A stretch of DNA of 64,000 nucleotides from Macrostomum hystrix (GCA_950097015.1 CATNEN010000007.1:4278001-4342000); one strand, 5' to 3'; shown: positions 23,139 through 36,000, counted from the stretch's first letter. Notes: a model not told the origin generated them from the sequence alone. Made by a program: numbers and translations.

Positions 23139-25835
23139 ATGTCTAATTCAAATATTCGCAGAGGCAACAACAGCGGCAAGCTGACCAACTACAGCAGTCG
23201 GCGGAACTCGCTGCTTCGGTCCGGCACCACAACGCCCCGGCTGCCGTACGGGACCAGCGCGGAGCTCGGCAACGACGAGGCTGAGAATCGGCTGCGACGG
23301 ACCCTAGAGAAAATAGTCACGCCGTCGGTGCACCCGACTGGGTCGGCAGCTGCGGGCGGCGGCGGCGGCAGCGGCGCCCCAGGCGGAGGTCCCGGCGGCG
23401 GAGGTCCCGGGCAGTCCGGTCCAATCGGCGTTGAGGGCGAGAGCGTGATGGAGCCGATATCGCCCTGGCCGGGGGATGTCGGCATGGTGGAGATCAAACG
23501 CCCGGTGTACTCGCAGCACAAGTTTGAGAACGTCTTCCAGGAGGACGAAGAGGAGCCGCTGAGGAAGCGCTTCATCGACAGCGTCTTCATGCCAAGCGGG
23601 CCGCGGCGCAGCTGCACGGAGATGGGCTCCCAGCTGCTGCCCTGCGTGAAGATGCTGCGCGAGTACCGCACCCGCGAGTTCCTGCCGCTCGACCTAGTCT
23701 CGGGACTGTCCACCGGCATCATGCGCATCCCGCAGAGCATGGCCTACGCCCTGCTGGCCTACCTGTCGCCAGTCTATGGCCTGTACACCGCCTTCATCTC
23801 CGGCGTGATTTACTGCGTACTGGGCACCTCGCCGCATTTGGTCATGTCCTGCCAGGGCGTCGTGTCGCTCATGGTTGGCCAGGTGTCGCGCCGCTTCGCG
23901 GATCGAGCCTTCCCAACGGCGCCCGAGAGCAACATCAGCGCCAACGGCAGCTCCGGGGGCGGCGGCGAAGGTTCGGCTGGGTCAGCCGAGCTCATGCTAG
24001 AGACGGTGCTGGTCGTGTCCTTTCTAGTGGGCATCTTCCAGCTGTCCTTCAGCCTGCTGCGCCTGGGCATGCTGACGAACTACCTCAGCGACCCGCTGAT
24101 CGGCGGCTTCACCACCGGGGCCGCCATCGAGGTCATCTCCAGCCAGATCTCCGCCGTCGTCGGCTACGAAGTTATTGTGCCGAAGGGCACACCGCCCGAG
24201 GGTGTCTTCGAGATCTTCAAGAAAGTCTACTTCGCGCTGGCGAACATCGGCAGCTTCAACGTTCCCACGCTCATCATCTCGGCCTGCTCCATCGGCTTCC
24301 TGGTGATGTCAAAGCTTGCCAACAGCCGCCTGAGCCGCTACTGCAAGCTGCCGATCCCCGGCGAGCTGATCCTGGTGGTGGTGGTGACCCTGATCTCCTA
24401 CCTGGGCAACCTCAGCCAGTTCGGCGTTGACCAGGTGGGCCACGTGCCGCAGGGCTTCAAGGAGGCGCGGGTGCCGCAGCTGCAGCTGGCCGACATGAAG
24501 CTGGTGCAGGACTCCATCATCATCGCCATTGTAGCTTTCGCTGTCTCCGTCTCGGTGGCCAAGAAGTTCGCGCTGGAGTACGACACGGAGATTGACGCGA
24601 ACCAGGAGTTCCTGGCCTACGGAGCCGGCAACTTGGCTGGCAGCTTCACCAACTGCTTCGTGTCCACCACCTCAATGTCCTGCTCGGCGCTGCACGAGTC
24701 CCTGGGCGGCAGAACTCAGGTGGCCAATCTTTTCGCCTCCGCGCTGGTCCTCGTCACCATCCTGTTTCTGGGGCCGACATTTGAGACCACACCGAACTGC
24801 GTACTGTCCACCATCATCCTCGTGAACCTCAAGAGCATGCTCTGGCAGTTTGGCGACTTGCCGCAACTCTGGGACGTCAGCAAGATCGACTTCCTGCTCT
24901 GGATGGTGACCTGCGTGTCCGTGATCTGCTTCAACGTTGACACTGGCCTGATTATCGGGGTGGCTTTCTCCCTGCTGACCATTGTGTTCCGCTCCCAGTG
25001 GCCCTATGCCTGCATCCTTGGCCGCATTCCACACACCGACATCTACAAGAACATTGTGGTGACGCCAGACGCCAAGGAGATCGAAGGCATCAAAATCTTC
25101 CGGTACGAAGGCTCGCTGTACTTCGCCTCGGCGGATCACTTCAGGAACTCCCTTTACCTTCTCACCGGCTGCAACCCGCGCCAGCTCGCCATCAAGCAGC
25201 ACGCCTACGATCAGAACCTGCGCAACCTGCGCCTCACCGTCAAGGAGGCGATCCCGATCCTGCAGAACGCCAGCACACCCTCCGCCACCTGGGAGGTCGA
25301 GGCGCAGGAGTCCCGTGCCACCAACTACGGCTCCGTGTCGACTGCGCTCACCGCCAGCGACCTCCGGCCGTCCACCAGCCTGCACCACGTCATCATCGAC
25401 TTCTCCTGCTGCAGCTTCGTGGACTCAGTTGGCCTCAGAATGCTCAACCAGGTGCTGGAAGACTATCGCGAGGCCGGGGTGACCGTGTTCCTGTCCAACA
25501 CCCGCGCCGCCGTGCGACTGATGCTGGCCAAGCCGCGGGTCAGCAAGGTGGACATGAAGAAGATCTTCCTGTCCAATCACGACGCCGTCAGTGCGGCCCT
25601 CAGCGAGGCGCACAAAATCGAGGAGAAAAACTGGCTGGACTTCGACTCAATGACCCGGCAGCGCCTGAACCTGGTCAAGCAGCACTACGTCTCTAGGCTG
25701 CCCAGCGAGATCGACGAGTGCGAAGACCTGGACGAAGAGGAGGTGGAGTCGACAACGGCCAGCACGTCGCAGTCGCTGCCAAGGTCGCGCTTCGTCAGCC
25801 AGTCGTCTGAAAAGACTCCGCTGTTGAATAAGTGA
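23139..25835 (+). CDS. SLC26/SulP-family anion transporter with C-terminal STAS domain (prestin/pendrin-like), 898 aa, intronless
   Basis: Family motifs: DLVSGLSTGIMRIPQSMAYALLA, PVYGLY, GTSPH, LGMLTNYLSDPLIGGFTTGAA, DANQEFLAYG, ESLGGRTQ. STAS motifs: KIFRYEGSLYFAS and VIIDFSCCSFVDSVGLRML. Confidence 0.97.
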   Translation: MSNSNIRRGNNSGKLTNYSSRRNSLLRSGTTTPRLPYGTSAELGNDEAENRLRRTLEKIVTPSVHPTGSAAAGGGGGSGAPGGGPGGGGPGQSGPIGVEGESVMEPISPWPGDVGMVEIKRPVYSQHKFENVFQEDEEEPLRKRFIDSVFMPSGPRRSCTEMGSQLLPCVKMLREYRTREFLPLDLVSGLSTGIMRIPQSMAYALLAYLSPVYGLYTAFISGVIYCVLGTSPHLVMSCQGVVSLMVGQVSRRFADRAFPTAPESNISANGSSGGGGEGSAGSAELMLETVLVVSFLVGIFQLSFSLLRLGMLTNYLSDPLIGGFTTGAAIEVISSQISAVVGYEVIVPKGTPPEGVFEIFKKVYFALANIGSFNVPTLIISACSIGFLVMSKLANSRLSRYCKLPIPGELILVVVVTLISYLGNLSQFGVDQVGHVPQGFKEARVPQLQLADMKLVQDSIIIAIVAFAVSVSVAKKFALEYDTEIDANQEFLAYGAGNLAGSFTNCFVSTTSMSCSALHESLGGRTQVANLFASALVLVTILFLGPTFETTPNCVLSTIILVNLKSMLWQFGDLPQLWDVSKIDFLLWMVTCVSVICFNVDTGLIIGVAFSLLTIVFRSQWPYACILGRIPHTDIYKNIVVTPDAKEIEGIKIFRYEGSLYFASADHFRNSLYLLTGCNPRQLAIKQHAYDQNLRNLRLTVKEAIPILQNASTPSATWEVEAQESRATNYGSVSTALTASDLRPSTSLHHVIIDFSCCSFVDSVGLRMLNQVLEDYREAGVTVFLSNTRAAVRLMLAKPRVSKVDMKKIFLSNHDAVSAALSEAHKIEEKNWLDFDSMTRQRLNLVKQHYVSRLPSEIDECEDLDEEEVESTTASTSQSLPRSRFVSQSSEKTPLLNK

Positions 25836-26144
25836 CTCCGCTTGCTCCAAGCACCAACTGCCAGTTTTATTCCTACGTGCCTTGGTGAAACGGAAAGGCT
25901 GTACAAAGCTTCCTATTCTCGTTCTCAACCTTTCTAGACACCGGAATGTTTGTTTTAACTCTCTCGGATTTCCCTTTTTTGTAATAATTACCAGAGAAGC
26001 ACAGTTTCTCAGCTATTTTATGGAGATATGCTAAATTTTCCAATAAGGAATTTCACTCACTAAACATGTCCATCCGTATCCATAACATACATCCCTAATA
26101 AATTAATGTCACTTTCTTTAAATCTTCACTTGCCAAAACTTTTC

Positions 26145-26285
26145 ACTCCCCAAGAAATTCACTCTCCCGAAAATTTCACTCCCCCAGAATTGTCACTCCC
26201 CCAAAAATGTCACTCCCTTCAGAATTGTCACTCCCCAGAATTGTCACTCTTCCCGAGTTGTCACTCCCCTTGAAATTTCACTTTT
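26145..26285. repeat. Short degenerate repeat with core AATTKTCACTCCCC
   Basis: About 7 imperfect copies. Confidence 0.7.
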
Positions 26286-26847
26286 AGCAATGCAAAATAG
26301 CCTCATCCAAATTATCCATATCCGAAACTGTAAAGTTAGAATTGAGAATTAAATTGAGAATGATAAATGCTAGTTTACACTGCCAATTTGTCATGTAACA
26401 AACTAGATTAGTCTTATATCCAATGTGTTCAAATATTTCCAATAGTCGATTCTGAATGCAAGTTTGTTAAAATGGTTAACCGAGATAATCAATGATAGAG
26501 ACCGAGCCTATTCTTTCTAATTCCATTGCCAATCACTTACTATGCAACTCCATATAGAACTGGCATTCAATTGTACTGCTATGTAAATTTGAATTCAATA
26601 AAATCATGAAAATGAGTTCACATTCACTTGGCGATGTCCATTTATGACCATTTCGTCAGTCAAGCAAGCATTGAGTTTTGTGACCACAATAGAATGAAGG
26701 CTATGACCTAGCCAGCAACTAAGAACTAAGAACAAGAAGGAACATAGACTACTCACAATTCCATGGCAAGTAGCATTATACGCACAGAATAGTTATATTT
26801 TTCTTCTGACCAACTAAATGTACTATTCTATTCCATCACTGCTGCCT

Positions 26848-27056
26848 GCTCAGTAGGGGATTTCGCACCAAGGTTCCCGAGTTCGATTAAGCACAGTGAG
26901 AGTGTACACTGCATGGAAATGAGAAAGTCAGTGCAGATGTACACACCTGTGTGAGCGTGTGCCTGAGTACGGCATCTGTGTGCTCAGGAGTCAGCGAAAT
27001 GGGCAGAACCACCAAGGGATTTTCCAGTGGCCACAGCCCTCCTGCAAATATTTAAA
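26848..27056 (+). mobile_element. SINE-like family A copy (tRNA-like head remnant plus body, internally deleted)
   Basis: CACCAAGGTTCCCGAGTTCGATT (B-box-like) followed by GCACAGTGAGAGTGTACACTG...GAGAAAGTCAGTGCAGATGTACACACCTGTGTGAG...GCTCAGGAGTCAGCGAAATGGGCAGA, shared with three other loci in the window. Confidence 0.7.
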
Positions 27057-27653
27057 ATAAAATTTCTGCTTAGCCTAATATGCAAGCAATCAAATATTCT
27101 CTAGCAGTTAGAGAAATGCGATTGAAATGAAGAGTTACAGTAATTCAATAGTGACCTACAATTATTTACTTGACTCAGCTGTTGAAAATATTGATTTTTA
27201 AACATATATTTCTGAACAGTTTATTTCTCACATCTATTCACGGATTTAAAAGCGAATTCGTGCTACAATCTGATACAAATGAGCCATCTGTATTGGCGGG
27301 CAGGGAATTCAGAGTATATTTTCTCCAAGACAGGTACATTTTGCATTGGCTATGCAAGTTGTAGGGTTACCAAGGCATGCATCCGGAAACTTGTGAATCT
27401 CAGCAACTAGAAAATAATTCTGTAATGAAAATTTCGGTGCTAGCTATCATCCAGACCATTGTGAATGGGAAAATGAACAAAAGAATATAGAACAACAACC
27501 AGAAAATAAAATGTCTCATAGGGTTCTACAAGTGCAATTCCAGTCTCGAAGACATGCTGTGCGATACATGCTCAGTGGCTGCATAGTGAGGGGCATGCAG
27601 AGCTGCAGATCAAATCAGGGTTAGTTTGTACACCTGGATAAGCTAGCCTCACC

Positions 27654-28978
27654 TGTTGGATAGACTAGCAATCCATTCTATTCCCTTATCAGTTGTATAG
27701 ACTAGCAATCCATTCTATTCCTTTATCAGTTGGAGAGACTAGCAATCCACTCTATTCCTTTATCAGTTGGATAGGCTAGCAATCCATTCTATTCCTTTAT
27801 CAGTTGTATAGGCTAGCAATCCATTCTATTCCCTTATCAGTTGGATAGGCTAGCAATCCATTCTATTCCGTTATCAGTTGGATAGACTAGCAATCCATTC
27901 TATTCCCTTATCAGTTGGATAGGCTAGCAATCCATTCTATTCCGTTATCAGTTGGATAGACTAGCAATCCATTCTATTCCTTTATCAGTTGTATAGGCTA
28001 GCAATCCATTCTATTCCCTTATCAGTTGGATAGGCTAGCAATCCATTCTATTCCGTTATCAGTTGGATAGACTAGCAATCCATTCTATTCCTTTATCAGT
28101 TGGATAGACTAGCAATCCATTCTATTCCTTTATCAGTTGGATAGGCTAGCAATCCATTCTATTCCTTTATCAGTTGTATAGGCTAGCAATCCATTCTATT
28201 CCCTTATCAGTTGGATAGGCTAGCAATCCATTCTATTCCGTTATCAGTTGGATAGACTAGCAATCCATTCTATTCCTTTATCAGTTGGATAGACTAGCAA
28301 TCCATTCTATTCCTTTATCAGTTGGATAGACTAGCAATCCATTCTATTCCCTTATCAGTTGTATAGACTAGCAATCCATTCTATTCCTTTATCAGTTGTA
28401 TAGACTAGCAATCCATTCTATTCCTTTATCAGTTGGATAGACTAGCAATCCATTCGATTCCTTTATCAGTTGGATAGACTAGCAATCCATTCTATTCCTT
28501 TATCAGTTGGATAGGCTAGCAATCCATTCTATTCCGTTATCAGTTGGATAGACTAGCAATCCATTCTATTCCTTTATCAGTTGTATAGACTAGCAATCCA
28601 TTCTATTCCTTTATCAGTTGGATAGACTAGCAATCCATTCTATTCCTTTATCAGTTGTATAGACTAGCAATCCATTCTATTCCTTTATCAGTTGGATAGG
28701 CTAGCAATCCATTCTATTCCGTTATCAGTTGGATAGACTAGCAATCCATTCTATTCCTTTATCAGTTGGATAGACTAGCAATCCATTCTATTCCTTTATC
28801 AGTTGGATAGACTAGCAATCCATTCTATTCCCTTATCAGTTGTATAGACTAGCAATCCATTCTATTCCTTTATCAGTTGTATAGACTAGCAATCCATTCT
28901 ATTCCTTTATCAGTTGTATAGACTAGCAATCCATTCTATTCCTTTATCAGTTGGATAGACTAGCAATCCATTCGATTC
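27654..28978 (+). repeat. 37-bp satellite array A (TAGACTAGCAATCCATTCTATTCCTTTATCAGTTGGA)n
   Basis: Period of 37 bp measured directly; same unit as 40273-42325 in reverse orientation. Confidence 0.97.
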
Positions 28979-29384
28979 CTAAACGAACATATGGGTTTCT
29001 TTGAAAACGATAAAACAGCTGAAAACATTGATTTTATGGCATGCCAAATTAAAAAATACAAAAATCGATCAACAAAGGAAAAAAACAAATAATTGACACC
29101 GTCCAATAAAAACACATAAATAGGAAAAGTTAAGCTACAAATTTGGGTTAAACCGTCCGAAAAATCACGCAAGTTCTGCAAGTTCTCGAAACAGTTAAAA
29201 TTCCAATTATTATTTCTATGGCTCGATCTCTAGCTGAACCTGCGCTATTATGCCTCTGCAATAGGTTGAGAAGATGGACTCATTGAGAGTGGCTGAGATG
29301 GGGCTGAGAACAGAGTTGTAGAATTAGAAATAAAAATCTATGTGATAACAAATAGTAAGATTAAACGGAGAAGGATAAGAAAGA

Positions 29385-30004
29385 GATGTGAGAACGTAGA
29401 CGTGAGAAATGAGACACGAGACGTGAGAAATGAAACACGAGACGTGAGAAATGAGACACGAGATGTGAGAAATGAAACACGAGACGTGAGAAATGAGACA
29501 CGAGACGTGAGAAATGAAACACGAGACGTGAGAAATGAGACACGAGAAATGAGATATGAGACACGAGACGTGAGAAATGAGACACGAGACGTCAGAAATG
29601 AGACGTGAGACGTGAGAAATGAGACATGAGACGTGAGAAATGAGACAAGAGACGTGAGAAATGAGACACGAGACGTGAGAAATGAGACACGAGAAATGAG
29701 ATATGAGACAAGAGACGTGAGAAATGAGACACGAGACGTCAGAAATGAGACACGAGACGTGAGAAATGAGACACGAGACGTGAGAAATGAGACACGAGAA
29801 ATGAGATATGAGACACGAGACGTGAGAAATGAGACACGAGACGTCAGAAATGAGACGTGAGACGTGAGAAATGAGACATGAGACGTGAGAAATGAGACAA
29901 GAGACGTGAGAAATGAGACACGAGACGTGAGAAATGAGACACGAGAAATGAGATATGAGACACGAGACGTGAGAAATGAGACACGAGAAATGAGAAATGA
30001 GACA
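29385..30004. repeat. 21-bp minisatellite (GAGACGTGAGAAATGAGACAC)n in SLC22 intron 9
   Basis: Visible unit; abuts the exon 9 donor. Confidence 0.93.
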
Positions 30005-30009
30005 CTCAC

Positions 30010-33000
30010 TGTCCGAAGTTCTCGCCGTCCTCGATGGTGTCAGGCAGCGGTTGCCGCAGAGTCTCCGGCAGCAGGAGCGCCAGCAGGCCGGCTGCCACGG
30101 CCAGAGCGCCGACTAACACAAATGGCAGCGGCTTCCACAGGAAGTCCTGAAAGGGAAATCTTTTTCTAATGACTATGAGTAATGACTAATGACTATATCC
30201 ACAATGCTCAGGTGTCTGAGGACACGCAATGCTCAGGTGTCTGAGGACGCGCAATGCTCATGTGTCTGAGGACACGCAATGCTCAGGTGTCTGGGGACAC
30301 GCAATGCTCAGGTGTCTGAGGACACGCAATGCTCAGGTGTCTGAGGACGCGCAATGCTCATGTGTCTGAGGACACACAATGCTCAGGTGTCTGGGGACAC
30401 GCAATGCTCAGGTGTCTGAGGACACGCAATGCTCAGGTGTCTGAGGACACGCACCAGCAGGACAATCTGTGGCGCCAGCAAGCCGCCGATTCTGGCGCAG
30501 GTGGACGCCAGGCCGACCCCGGCGTTGCGAATCACCGTGGGAAAAACTTCGGCGGTGTAGACGTAGATGATGGCGAAGGCTGCCGACACGGCGAATTTGC
30601 CCAGCATGGCCAGCGTGATCTTCAACCACAGCAGTTCTGGGAAGGCGGCGAGTGAGTGATCGAGAATGATTTCGCAATCTCTATAAGATTCTAGAATCAA
30701 AAGCATGAAATTTCGCTCGTACGTCTATAGTACTTATAGAACTCAGAGAGAATAACGAAGCGATATGAAGAGATTTTTCATAAAAATATCCAAAATTAGT
30801 CTCTTAGATTCTAGGAAAAATCAATCAGTGAGTCTAGGAGACTGGATAAGAATTTCTTTGGACCCAGGATAATCTCTATGAGATCCTTGGATAATCTCTA
30901 TGAGATCAAGTGATAATCTCTATGAGATCCAAGGATAATCTCTATGAGATCCTAGGATAATCTCTTTGAGACTACAGAAGAGAAACTCTAGGCGACATGC
31001 AAAAAATGTCTCTGGAATAATTATTTTTGACAAGAATCATTGTGAGCCTCTTTGTGAGAATTGTGAGAATCTGGCAGAGTCGATGAAAAACTCTCTGATA
31101 CTCATAGCCCGTGGGATTCCAGTTTCCGATTCCTGGCAACTCACCAATGAATGCGGCGGCGATGCAGGCCACGCCACCCATCACCATGGTGATGACGTGC
31201 ATGCGCACCCGGCCGAACCTATTCAGAGTGACGCAACACATGGCGTAGGCGGGGAACTCAACCAGGCCTGAGATCACCGTGTTCACGTACACACTGCCGC
31301 CCAGGTCCTCCGCGTTCAGCGACAGGCCGTAGTACACCAGACTGACCACGAACCTGCGGGTTGGCGGGTGGGATGGTAGGATGGAAAGATTTCTGTCTTT
31401 TTAAAGATTGTTGCAGTATTGATTGATGCAGTGTGGGATGGGATGGGAGATTGGATGGGATGGGAGATGGGAGATTGATGCAGTGTGAGATGGGATGGGA
31501 GATTGATGCAGTGTGGGATGGGATGGGAGATAGGATGGGATGGGAGATGGGAGATTGATGCAGTGTGAGATGGGATGGGAGATTGATGCAGTGTGGGATG
31601 GGATGGGAGATTGATGCAGTGTGAGATGGGATGGGAGATTGATGCAGTGTGAGATGGGATGGGAGATTGATGCAGTGTGAGATGGGATGGGAGATTGATG
31701 CAGTGTGAGATGGGATGGGAGATTGATGCAGTGTGAGATGGGATGGGAGATTGATGCAGTGTGAGATGGGATGGGAGATTGATGCAGTGTGGGATGGGAT
31801 GGGAGATTGATGCAGTGTGAGATGGGATGGGAGATTGATGCAGTGTGAGATGGGATGGGAGATTGATGCAGTGTGAGATGGGATGGGAGATTGATGCAGT
31901 GTGAGATGGGATGGGAGATTGATGCAGTGTGAGATGGGAGATTGATGTATTCTCAAAGTGTTCTCACCAGTTAAAGAACACATTAAGGGATCGCTTCCTC
32001 ATGTTGGGCGTCCTCAGCAGATCTATGGGACTGCCGCTTTGCTTCTTGTGCTGACTGCTGACGTCCTTGACCTTGACCTTCTTGTCTGGCATGTCCTGTG
32101 TTGATCAAGTTAATTTTTCGAATCACTGCACGCAACACAATTCAAATCCTAAATGAACGGCAAGCATTTGCATTAAAACAAAGTGATGTATAATTTCTGG
32201 CACCATTTCAAACGGCTCATCGACGATGGAGAAATTCTCCGGCACCTCCTTGCCGTTGATCTTGGCCAGCCGCCTGCAGATCTCGCTGGCCTCCTCGTAA
32301 CGACCCTGCGACACCAGCCAGCGGGGCGACTCGGGATAAAACCTGCGGGTGCGTGAGACATGCTGGCACTGTGGGTGAGACATGCTGGCACTGTGGGTGA
32401 GACATGCTGGCACTGTGGGTGAGACATGCTGGCACTGTGGGTGAGACATGCAGGCACTGTGGGTGAGACATGCAGGCACTGTGGGTGAGACAGACTGGCA
32501 CTGTGGGTGAGACATGCTGGCACTGTGGGTGAGACAGGCTGGCACTGTGGGTGAGATATGCTGGCACTGTTGGTGAGACATGCTGGCACTGTGGGTGAGA
32601 CATGCTGGCACTGTTGGTGAGACATGCTGGCACTGTGGGTGAGACATGCTGGCACTGTGGGTGAGACAGGCTGGCACTGTGGGTGAGACAGGCTGGCACT
32701 GTGGGTGAGACATGCAGGCACTGTGGGTGAGATATGCTGGCACTGTTGGTGAGACATGCTGGCACTGTGGGTGAGACATGCTGACACTGTGGGTGAGACA
32801 TGCAGGCGCTGTGGGTGAGACAGGCTGGCACTGTGGGTGAGACATGCTGGCACTGTGGGTGAGACATGCTGGCACTGTGGGTGAGACATGCTGGCACTGT
32901 GGGTGAGACATGCAGGCACTGTGGGTGAGACATGCAGGCACTGTGGGTGAGACAGACTGGCACTGTGGGTGAGACATGCTGGCACTGTGGGTGAGACAGG

Positions 33001-36000
33001 CTGGCACTGTGGGTGAGATATGCTGGCACTGTTGGTGAGACATGCTGGCACTGTGGGTGAGACATGCTGGCACTGTTGGTGAGACATGCTGGCACTGTGG
33101 GTGAGACATGCTGGCACTGTGGGTGAGACAGGCTGACACTGTGGGTGAGACAGGCTGGCACTGTGGGTGAGACATGCTGGCACTGTGGGTGAGATATGCT
33201 GGCACTGTTGGTGAGACATGCTGGCACTGTGGGTGAGACATGCTGACACTGTGGGTGAGACATGCAGGCGCTGTGGGTGAGACAGGCTGGCACTGTGGGT
33301 GAGACATGCTGGCACTGTGGGTGAGACATGCTGGCACTGTGGGTGAGACATGCTGGCACTGTGGGTGAGACATGCAGGCACTGTGGGTGAGACATGCAGG
33401 CACTGTGGGTGAGACAGACTGGCACTGTGGGTGAGACATGCTGGCACTGTGGGTGAGACAGGCTGGCACTGTGGGTGAGATATGCTGGCACTGTTGGTGA
33501 GACATGCTGGCACTGTGGGTGAGACATGCTGGCACTGTTGGTGAGACATGCTGGCACTGTGGGTGAGACATGCTGGCACTGTGGGTGAGACAGGCTGACA
33601 CTGTGGGTGAGACAGGCTGGCACTGTGGGTGAGACATGCTGGCACTGTGGGTGAGACATGCTGGCACTGTGGGTGAGACAGGCTGGCACTGTGGGTGAGA
33701 CATGCTGGCACTGTGGGTGAGACATGCTGGCACTGTGGGTGAGACATGCTGGCACTGTGGGTGAGACTGTGGATGAGACTGTGGATGAGAGTGTGGGTGA
33801 GACTGTGGATGAGAGTGTGGGTGAGACTTTGGGAGAGACTGTTGGTGAGACTGTGGATGAGACTGTGGATGAGAGTGTGGGTGAGACTTTGGGTGAGACT
33901 GTGGGTGAGACTGTGGATGAGAGTGTGGGTGAAACTTTGGGTGCAGAGACTGTGGGTGAGACTGTGGGTGAGAGTGTGGGTGAGACTGTGGATGAGACTG
34001 TGGATGAGACTGTGGATGAGACTGTGCATGAGAGTGTGGGTGAGACTGTGGATGAGAGTGTGGGTGAGACTTTGGGAGAGACTGTGGGTGAGACTGTGGA
34101 TGAGACTGTGGGTGAGACTGTGGGTGAGACTGTGGATGAGACTGTGGATGAGACTGTGGATGAGACTGTGGGTGAGACTGTGGGTGAGACTGTGGATGAG
34201 ACTGTGGATGAGACTGTGGGTGAGACTGTGGGTGAGACTGTGGGTGAGACTGTGGATGAGACTGTGGGTGAGACTGTGGGTGAGACTGTGGGTGAGACTG
34301 TGGGTGAGACTGTGGATGAGACTGTGGATGAGACTGTGGGTGAGACTGTGGGTGAGACTGTGGGTGAGACTGTGGATGAGACTGTGGATGAGACTGTGGG
34401 TGAGACTGTGGGTGAGACTGTGGATGAGACTGTGGGTGAGACTGTGGGTGAGACTGTGGGTGAGACTGTGGATGAGAGTGTGGGTGAGACTTTGGGTGAG
34501 ACTGTGGGTGAGACTGTGGATGAGAGTGTGGGTGAAACTTTGGGTGCAGAGACTGTGGGTGAGACTGTGGGTGAGAGTGTGGGTGAGACTGTGGATGAGA
34601 CTGTGGATGAGACTGTGGATGAGACTGTGCATGAGAGTGTGGGTGAGACTGTGGATGAGAGTGTGGGTGAGACTTTGGGAGAGACTGTGGGTGAGACTGT
34701 GGATGAGACTGTGGGTGAGACTGTGGGTGAGACTGTGGATGAGACTGTGGATGAGACTGTGGATGAGACTGTGGGTGAGACTGTGGGTGAGACTGTGGAT
34801 GAGACTGTGGATGAGACTGTGGGTGAGACTGTGGGTGAGACTGTGGGTGAGACTGTGGATGAGACTGTGGGTGAGACTGTGGGTGAGACTGTGGGTGAGA
34901 CTGTGGGTGAGACTGTGGATGAGACTGTGGATGAGACTGTGGGTGAGACTGTGGGTGAGACTGTGGGTGAGACTGTGGATGAGACTGTGGGTGAGACTGT
35001 GGGTGAGACTGTGGGTGAGACTGTGGGTGAGACTGTGGGTGAGACTGTGGATGAGACTGTGGATGAGACTGTGGGTGAGACTGTGGGTGAGACTGTGGGT
35101 GAGACTGTGGATGAGACTGTGGGTGAGACTGTGGGTGAGACTGTGGGTGAGACTGTGGGTGAGACTGTGGGTGAGACTGTGGGTGAGACTGTGGGTGAGA
35201 CCTTAAGTGAGCTTAAGAGAGGCCCCAGCCAGCGAGGAGGCAATTCTGTCCATTTCGCTGACTCCTGAGCACACACGCACACAGATACCGTACGCAGGCA
35301 CACGCTCACACAGGTGTGTACATCTGCCCTGACTTTCTCATCGTCAGGCAGTGTACACTTCACTGCGCCTTGGAGGTTGGCCGACCCCCTCAATTGAATA
35401 GAATAGCAATACACAATACAAGGCTAAGGTTTCGTGTGTCGGTATCGTCATCAAAAGCACAATTCCTTCACTAGTCAGAGCAGCTTGCTCACAGATTAGC
35501 ATATTACTCTAAAGTTTCACTCGGGACTTGTCTCCGGAAACGCTTTTCAAACAAACCAAATCTTACTAATTGAATATGCAAAACCCTGCTAATGTCCTGT
35601 TTCACAGAGAATTAAGTGAGTGAGGCAAAAGTACAATGCGACACTGCAGTCAGCCCCCCCCCCTACAGTGCTGCTTGGCTTAAAGAACAGACAGGTTTGA
35701 TCCGGTTCTTGAAGCTCGGAGTTGCTACAAGAGCCAGATGACTGGGACAAAGTGAACTGCCTGCTGCGGTACAAAGTTGGAAAACAGAAAAACTGATACA
35801 AACAAAACTATAGTAGGGACTGAGCCAACTGCCGCACAATGTCTAAGTCTGTTTCATAGAAATTTCACAGAAAAGTATACCTTAAACTAAACGCAGTTAC
35901 TTCAATCCAATTGATAATATTTACTTTTCGCATTGTCTCACCCGATTATAATTGGTACATCTGGCTATGGAGAGTGTACATCTGGCTATGGAGAGTGTAC

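Noticed and set aside
27654-28978. CRISPR-like appearance of the 37-bp repeats (also 40273-42325)
   Set aside because: Units are head-to-tail with no unique spacers, there are no cas genes, and the context is a spliced eukaryotic genome.
32123-35414. Mucin-like or His-rich ORFs up to 1065 aa
   Set aside because: They lie in SLC22 intron 4 and derive from the 22-bp and 12-bp satellites; only the embedded FYPESPRW exon is real.
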